From IMG/VR virus record IMGVR_UViG_3300024343_000006: a DNA stretch of 20,000 nucleotides; one strand, written 5' to 3'. The notes below the pieces were generated by a model. That model saw only the letters and a program-made list of their open reading frames with translations, did not search any database and was not told the origin of the DNA. Shown here piece after piece: positions 15,450 through 20,000 of this stretch. Each line of letters begins with the position of its first letter. Position 1 is the first letter of the stretch. This stretch comes from an uncultured virus (IMG/VR IMGVR_UViG_3300024343_000006). Lineage: Duplodnaviria; Heunggongvirae; Uroviricota; Caudoviricetes. Both the position numbers and the translations under genes were made by a program.

Positions 15450-15483
15450 TTGACACTAATCGTGCTTTGAGGTATAATAAATA
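15450..15483 (+). promoter_or_regulatory. Consensus sigma70 promoter with an overlapping late-type ATAAATA
   Basis: TTGACA (15450-15455)-17 nt-TATAAT (15473-15478); ATAAATA at 15477-15483; GGAGG SD downstream. Confidence 0.88.
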
Positions 15484-15506
15484 CTTATTATGGAGGTTCC
15501 AAACCT

Positions 15507-16610
15507 ATGAATGCAAATGCCGCAAAACGAAGAGCGAAGAACAATGCGATCCTCAACAAGATCGTTGATGAGCCAGTGCTCACAGAAGAAAATTATAATT
15601 CAGATCTTAACCATGCACTTGGCTGGTACAATATAAACTTTGACGAGAAGAAACGTCGTAAGAGTGCACTTGAATACTTTGCCAAGGCTGGACAAAAAGC
15701 TGAAGTCATTGCAATCAATCGTGCCACTGATTTTGAAGTCAGATCTCTTGGAGTAGTCTGTCGTCTTGCATCACGTGATCAACCACTTAGCGAAAAGCAC
15801 CAGAATTTTATTTCTGACACAGCATCAGAATTGGTTCGTAAGTACAAACTAATCAAAGAAGTTAAAAAAGCAGAAGTTGTTTCAACTCCAGTCGTTTCTA
15901 TACAAGAACGAATGGAAGAATTAGCACGTAAACATGCAGCAGAATTCGATGGAGCAATAGATGACTTTATCACAACGAAGACAACGCAGTTCTCGGCAAA
16001 GAATTATCTACTTTCAAATGAAGTATCAGCACCAGTTGCAAAACGAATTGGAGAATTTTATGTACCACAACTCCAAGAAATCGAAGACGCAATTGCAGGA
16101 AACGACGATCAACTTGTCGAAGGATATTCATTCTTAACGAAAAAAGAATTGAAGAAGTATGCTGAGTTTTTGCGTGGCATTGTAGCTGACTGCCAACAAC
16201 AGGTTCAGACTGCTAAAGCAAACAGGTCTCCACGTAAACGCAAAGCACCACCACCATCTAAGGTTGTGGCACGTATGAAATTCATGCGTGAGTTTGTTGA
16301 ACTAAAACTCAAGTCTTGCAAGCCAGAAGATATACTTGCCTCAAATGAACTTTGGGTGTATAATACTAAGTATCGTAAGGTTACTGTATACAAAGCAGAG
16401 GGTGGAACACTTTCTGTTAAAGGAACTACGATCCTTGGCTTTGATGTCAAGAATTCCAAGACACTTATGTTACGTAAGCCAGAAGAATTCTTTAAAGGAC
16501 TTGCGATGGGCAAGCGTGCATTGAATGGTGCAATGAAAACAATAACAACAAAACCGACTGTACCAAATGGTCGCATCAATGAAGAGTGTATTCTTCTCGG
16601 AGCATTTTAA
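15507..16610 (+). CDS. Hypothetical protein, 367 aa, basic C-terminal domain
   Basis: Long ORF with its own promoter and SD. No catalytic motif recognised. Confidence 0.88.
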   Translation: MNANAAKRRAKNNAILNKIVDEPVLTEENYNSDLNHALGWYNINFDEKKRRKSALEYFAKAGQKAEVIAINRATDFEVRSLGVVCRLASRDQPLSEKHQNFISDTASELVRKYKLIKEVKKAEVVSTPVVSIQERMEELARKHAAEFDGAIDDFITTKTTQFSAKNYLLSNEVSAPVAKRIGEFYVPQLQEIEDAIAGNDDQLVEGYSFLTKKELKKYAEFLRGIVADCQQQVQTAKANRSPRKRKAPPPSKVVARMKFMREFVELKLKSCKPEDILASNELWVYNTKYRKVTVYKAEGGTLSVKGTTILGFDVKNSKTLMLRKPEEFFKGLAMGKRALNGAMKTITTKPTVPNGRINEECILLGAF

Positions 16611-17329
16611 TGGATTTTACATATATTGATGAAGGCATCAATGCTGTCGTCATCGATAATTTCTTTAATGAAAATCAACTTAAAGAAATTATGACTGAGT
16701 TAAAATGGTTGACTAAAGAAAGTGTATTAGTTGGAGAGAAACAACTCGATACTGCAGAGAATGAGTATGGTGCATTGGCTTCCAAAAGTGGAGTGTTTTT
16801 AGAATCTGTTTTCAATAACTGGAGACACTCAGCATTAATTTCTTCATCAGTACATCAGATGAATTCAAAAGAATTTCATAATGGATTGATGTCTCACAAT
16901 GAATTATATAAAACTTTATTTTATTGTAATCATCGATCTCATCTTCTTTCTTACTACCAGAATGCAGATTACTATGGTGCGCATTGTGATGCGTCATTCT
17001 ATACAATGTTAAGTTACTTTCATACCGAACCTAAGAAGTTTAAGGGTGGCGAAATAATTTTGAGTTCTTATACTCAAGAAAAGAAAGCCACTATTGAAAT
17101 TAAACCAAATAGGATTGTATTGATTACATCCAACACATGGCACGAAGTAGCAAAATTAGAGTCTGATGCCAACATGCCAAAGTATAGTGGTGATGGAAGA
17201 TATTGTAATGCTATATTCTTGACTAGAATTGATGATAAACAATGGGTACAAGATCCAAATGGTGGTGGTAAATATATTGATAACCCAGAAGTTGGTAAAT
17301 ATTCTGCAGATAAAGTGAGAAAGAAATGA
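16610..17329 (+). CDS. 2OG-Fe(II) oxygenase (prolyl-hydroxylase-like)
   Basis: YYGAHCD (HxD), KFKGGEI, WHEV and GRY. ATG 16610 overlaps the upstream stop (TAATG). Confidence 0.88.
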   Translation: MDFTYIDEGINAVVIDNFFNENQLKEIMTELKWLTKESVLVGEKQLDTAENEYGALASKSGVFLESVFNNWRHSALISSSVHQMNSKEFHNGLMSHNELYKTLFYCNHRSHLLSYYQNADYYGAHCDASFYTMLSYFHTEPKKFKGGEIILSSYTQEKKATIEIKPNRIVLITSNTWHEVAKLESDANMPKYSGDGRYCNAIFLTRIDDKQWVQDPNGGGKYIDNPEVGKYSADKVRKK

Positions 17330-18219
17330 TATTAATTGATTATTCGCAGGTTGCCCTCAGTGCTATCTTAACCTTCCAGCGAGAGTTGAAGGGTACAGAA
17401 AGCGAGATTAAGAATTTGATTCGCCATGTAACACTATCCACAATCAAATCATACAAGAAAAAGTATGGTAAAGAATATGGAGAAGTCATTGTATGTTGTG
17501 ATGGTCGTAAGTACTGGCGCAGGGAATTCTTTCAATACTATAAAGATGGTAGAAAGAAAACACGTGAAGCATCTGACTTAGATTGGCACTTGATCTTTGA
17601 TACACTTAATGAGATGCGTCAGGATATCGCACAGCACTTTCCGTATCGTGTAATGCATCTAGATCGGTGCGAAGCAGATGACATCATTGCAGTACTCACA
17701 GAGTGGGCTCAAAACAATCAACTAGTACAAGAAGGATTGGTTGAGGATCCACAAAAGATTCTTATCCTTTCTTCTGACAAAGACTTCAAACAGTTGCAGT
17801 TATATCCTACTGTGAAGCAATGGTCACCGATGCAAAAGAAATACATTACTGCATCTCAGAGAGAAATCATCGAGTATAAAATCGAACACATTGTTAAAGG
17901 TGATGCTGGTGATGGTGTTCCAAATATCCTAAGCAAAGACGATGTATTCTCTTCTGGCGATAGACAAAAACCAGTCAGTGCAAAACGACTACAAGAATTC
18001 TTTGATAATGGATTTATTGCATGTAAGAATGACGAAGAACGTCGTAACTGGCATAGGAATTCTACTCTGGTTGACTTCAAATTTATTCCAGAGCAGATTA
18101 AATCTGACATTATCGCAGAGTACCTAAGTAATAAACCTACTGGTGACAAAATGTCGATCATGAACTACCTCATGGAACATCGTTGCCGATTTTTGTTAGA
18201 TGAGATTGAGGACTTTTAA
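17326..18219 (+). CDS. rnh: T4-type RNase H / 5'-3' exonuclease
   Basis: MILIDYSQ, YWRR.FF.YYK..R, EADDIIA, ILSSDKDFKQL and KGDAGDGVPNILS. Confidence 0.96.
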   Translation: MILIDYSQVALSAILTFQRELKGTESEIKNLIRHVTLSTIKSYKKKYGKEYGEVIVCCDGRKYWRREFFQYYKDGRKKTREASDLDWHLIFDTLNEMRQDIAQHFPYRVMHLDRCEADDIIAVLTEWAQNNQLVQEGLVEDPQKILILSSDKDFKQLQLYPTVKQWSPMQKKYITASQREIIEYKIEHIVKGDAGDGVPNILSKDDVFSSGDRQKPVSAKRLQEFFDNGFIACKNDEERRNWHRNSTLVDFKFIPEQIKSDIIAEYLSNKPTGDKMSIMNYLMEHRCRFLLDEIEDF

Positions 18220-18651
18220 ATGAGAAAATATATTGTACAGATCCTTCAGGAAATCCAAGATAATCCTAAGGTAATTGAAACCTATAAAGATGATGTTCCA
18301 TTAAGGATTCTTTTCGAGTACGCATTCCTTTCAGAAAAGAAAATGATTCTTCCTGAAGGTGAACCACCATACAAACCTGCCGATGAACCATTGGGTATGA
18401 CACCAACCAATTTGTTCAGTGAGATGAAGAAACTTTATATTTTCTGCCGTGCAGATCTTACACCACTAAAGCGTGAGAGTTTATTCATTTCTTTCATCGA
18501 AGGATTGAAGAAAGAAGAAGCCAGTATTATCATTGCAGCCAAAGACCAGACTTTACATAAATTGTATCCTAAAATTACTAGGAAATTAGTCAGTGACGCT
18601 GGATTTATTCCTCCACTCCCTAAGAAAGTCAAAGAAAGTGCAACATCTTAA
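18220..18651 (+). CDS. Conserved T4-like phage hypothetical protein (DUF6433-like)
   Basis: LPEGEPPYKP and KRESLFISFIEGL...EA...KDQ.L..LYP.IT pattern; follows rnh. Confidence 0.75.
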   Translation: MRKYIVQILQEIQDNPKVIETYKDDVPLRILFEYAFLSEKKMILPEGEPPYKPADEPLGMTPTNLFSEMKKLYIFCRADLTPLKRESLFISFIEGLKKEEASIIIAAKDQTLHKLYPKITRKLVSDAGFIPPLPKKVKESATS

Positions 18652-18868
18652 ACCCGAGGATAGAGATTTTCTATTGTTTTTGATGTCATTAAAGGATGAC
18701 GAATTTACGATGTTATTAAATAGTATGTCTGCCGATGATTGTATGAGAGTCGCTGTCATGATTCAAGAAGCAAAAGATGAATTCTATGATGACGTAATGG
18801 AAGCAGAAGGTATGCCTGATGCATTTGAGTTAATGAGAAAGATCAAGGCTAACATAGCCGATAACTGA
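18638..18868 (+). CDS. Hypothetical acidic helical protein
   Basis: Probable GTG start at 18638 (ORF track starts at 18593); fills the gap. Confidence 0.65.
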   Translation: MQHLKPEDRDFLLFLMSLKDDEFTMLLNSMSADDCMRVAVMIQEAKDEFYDDVMEAEGMPDAFELMRKIKANIADN

Positions 18869-18882
18869 GAGGAAAATATATT

Positions 18883-19602
18883 ATGCCTAATTGGTGTTAC
18901 AATACTGTGACTCTGTCACATGAAGATAAAACTAAAATTGATGCCTTCGAAGAAGAACTTCAAAAAGAAAAATCTGAGCCACTGAATCATCTGCGTCCAA
19001 ATCCAGATGGCGCATGGGACTATGGTTGGTCAGTTGAAAACTGGGGTACAAAGTGGGATGTTTCCATGCAAGATTGGGAACGAGAAGATGATAATACTAT
19101 CGTAATGCATTTTGATTCTGCATGGGCTCCTCCAACCACACTTTACGAATTTCTTTTCGGAGAAGGATGGGATGTTCGTGCATTATATCATGAACCTGGA
19201 ATGGGGTTCATTGGTAAGTATGAAGATGGATGTGATGAATACTATGACTATGATATTAGCGATCGTGATTCAATTGAAGATCTGCCAGAAGATCTAATTG
19301 ATTTTGGTGGCTTAATGGATGAAGTTGAGCGTTACGAAGAAGAACAAGAAGAAGAACGTCTTTCTGAATTAGAACGTACTGATTGGTTCAATGCATCAGT
19401 AAATCCTGTTCATATTGGTCGCTACGAAGTTCAAACTGATGCTTGGCCATATCCACAATATTGTAATTGGGATGGTAAAACATGGAGTCGCTGGGATGGT
19501 GATGATGTAGTAGTTACTCTATGGCGTGGATGGGTTGGCGAAGAATGGGATGCTGCAAAGGCATTGGATGATATTCTATTCGAACAAGCAGAAACTAAAT
19601 GA
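18883..19602 (+). CDS. YubB/DUF1281 (Api92-like) ferredoxin-like domain protein with a Trp-rich C-terminal domain
   Basis: MPNWCYN, W..ENWGTKWD, FDSAWAPP and Y.EPGMGF.G; GAGGA SD. Confidence 0.8.
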   Translation: MPNWCYNTVTLSHEDKTKIDAFEEELQKEKSEPLNHLRPNPDGAWDYGWSVENWGTKWDVSMQDWEREDDNTIVMHFDSAWAPPTTLYEFLFGEGWDVRALYHEPGMGFIGKYEDGCDEYYDYDISDRDSIEDLPEDLIDFGGLMDEVERYEEEQEEERLSELERTDWFNASVNPVHIGRYEVQTDAWPYPQYCNWDGKTWSRWDGDDVVVTLWRGWVGEEWDAAKALDDILFEQAETK

Positions 19603-20000
19603 TATTCAATTTTAAAAAGAGTACGATAACTGTTGATTGTTTCACACACAGTAGAGCAGCATATGAGTTGTATACAATTCGTAAGGCTGTTCGATACTAT
19701 CCAGAAACAATTAAAAAGATGGAACCATCTATCCCAATTATTGATAGAGAAAGTGGCATCACAATACAAACACCAACACTAAAGAAGTGCACTGGACTAA
19801 ATGGTTTGTATACTAAAGGTGCTATAATTCCACTGTGGATGGATTTTATTTGTGAACCAAAAACACATGGACAAGATAAGTCTAGATTGGGACTAACTGA
19901 TCAGAATAAAGTTCATAGTCTCCAAACTCATAGTCATGAACAATTTCCAGGAATGTTTGATAACTACTATCATATGAAATTCGGTGGAGTTTGGAACATC
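19599..20000 (+). CDS. Hypothetical phage protein (3'-truncated by window)
   Basis: Open from ATG 19599 (ATGA overlap) to the window end: MIFNFKKSTITVDCFTHS...TLKKCTGLNGLYTKGAIIPLWMDF...HSHEQF. Confidence 0.8.
   Translation, partial: MIFNFKKSTITVDCFTHSRAAYELYTIRKAVRYYPETIKKMEPSIPIIDRESGITIQTPTLKKCTGLNGLYTKGAIIPLWMDFICEPKTHGQDKSRLGLTDQNKVHSLQTHSHEQFPGMFDNYYHMKFGGVWNI

Noticed and set aside
78..19769. All minus-strand ORFs in the track
   Set aside because: They are antisense shadows of well-supported + strand genes, with no recognisable motifs or independent expression signals.
1..20000. CRISPR array, tRNA/rRNA genes, IS elements, integrase
   Set aside because: No regularly spaced repeats, cloverleaf or transposase/integrase motifs seen. 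Nearly all the sequence is tiled by CDSs, and the only sizeable gaps are promoter regions.

Overview
Gene-dense, AT-rich segment of a large T4-like (myovirus-type) dsDNA phage, with every credible gene on the + strand. The host is probably a betaproteobacterium, inferred from the IscU/IscA/ErpA sequences. Three blocks are visible. (1) 1-4905 is replication and nucleotide metabolism: primase C-terminus, thyX, nrdA, a 2OG-Fe(II) oxygenase, nrdB, a small Zn-ribbon protein and a GIY-YIG nuclease. (2) 4902-13498 is an accessory block: many membrane or secreted proteins, a secreted non-specific nuclease, an iscU-iscA-erpA Fe-S trio, a lipoprotein, and a PlcP-type metallophosphoesterase + GT2 glycosyltransferase + class I GATase-like trio. 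(3) 13587-20000 holds small genes behind host sigma70 promoters (acidic proteins, MazG-like, an unlisted ArfA-like peptide, an SH3/WYL-like protein), then a second 2OG oxygenase, RNase H and hypotheticals. Most notable: a candidate phage-encoded phospholipid-remodelling/phosphate-scavenging module; an ArfA-like ribosome-rescue peptide missed by the ORF track; an apparently overprinted gene with its own Shine-Dalgarno inside a membrane-protein gene; and a repeated 27-bp palindrome plus an IHF consensus at early promoters. All family assignments come from motif recognition and memory; no database search was run.
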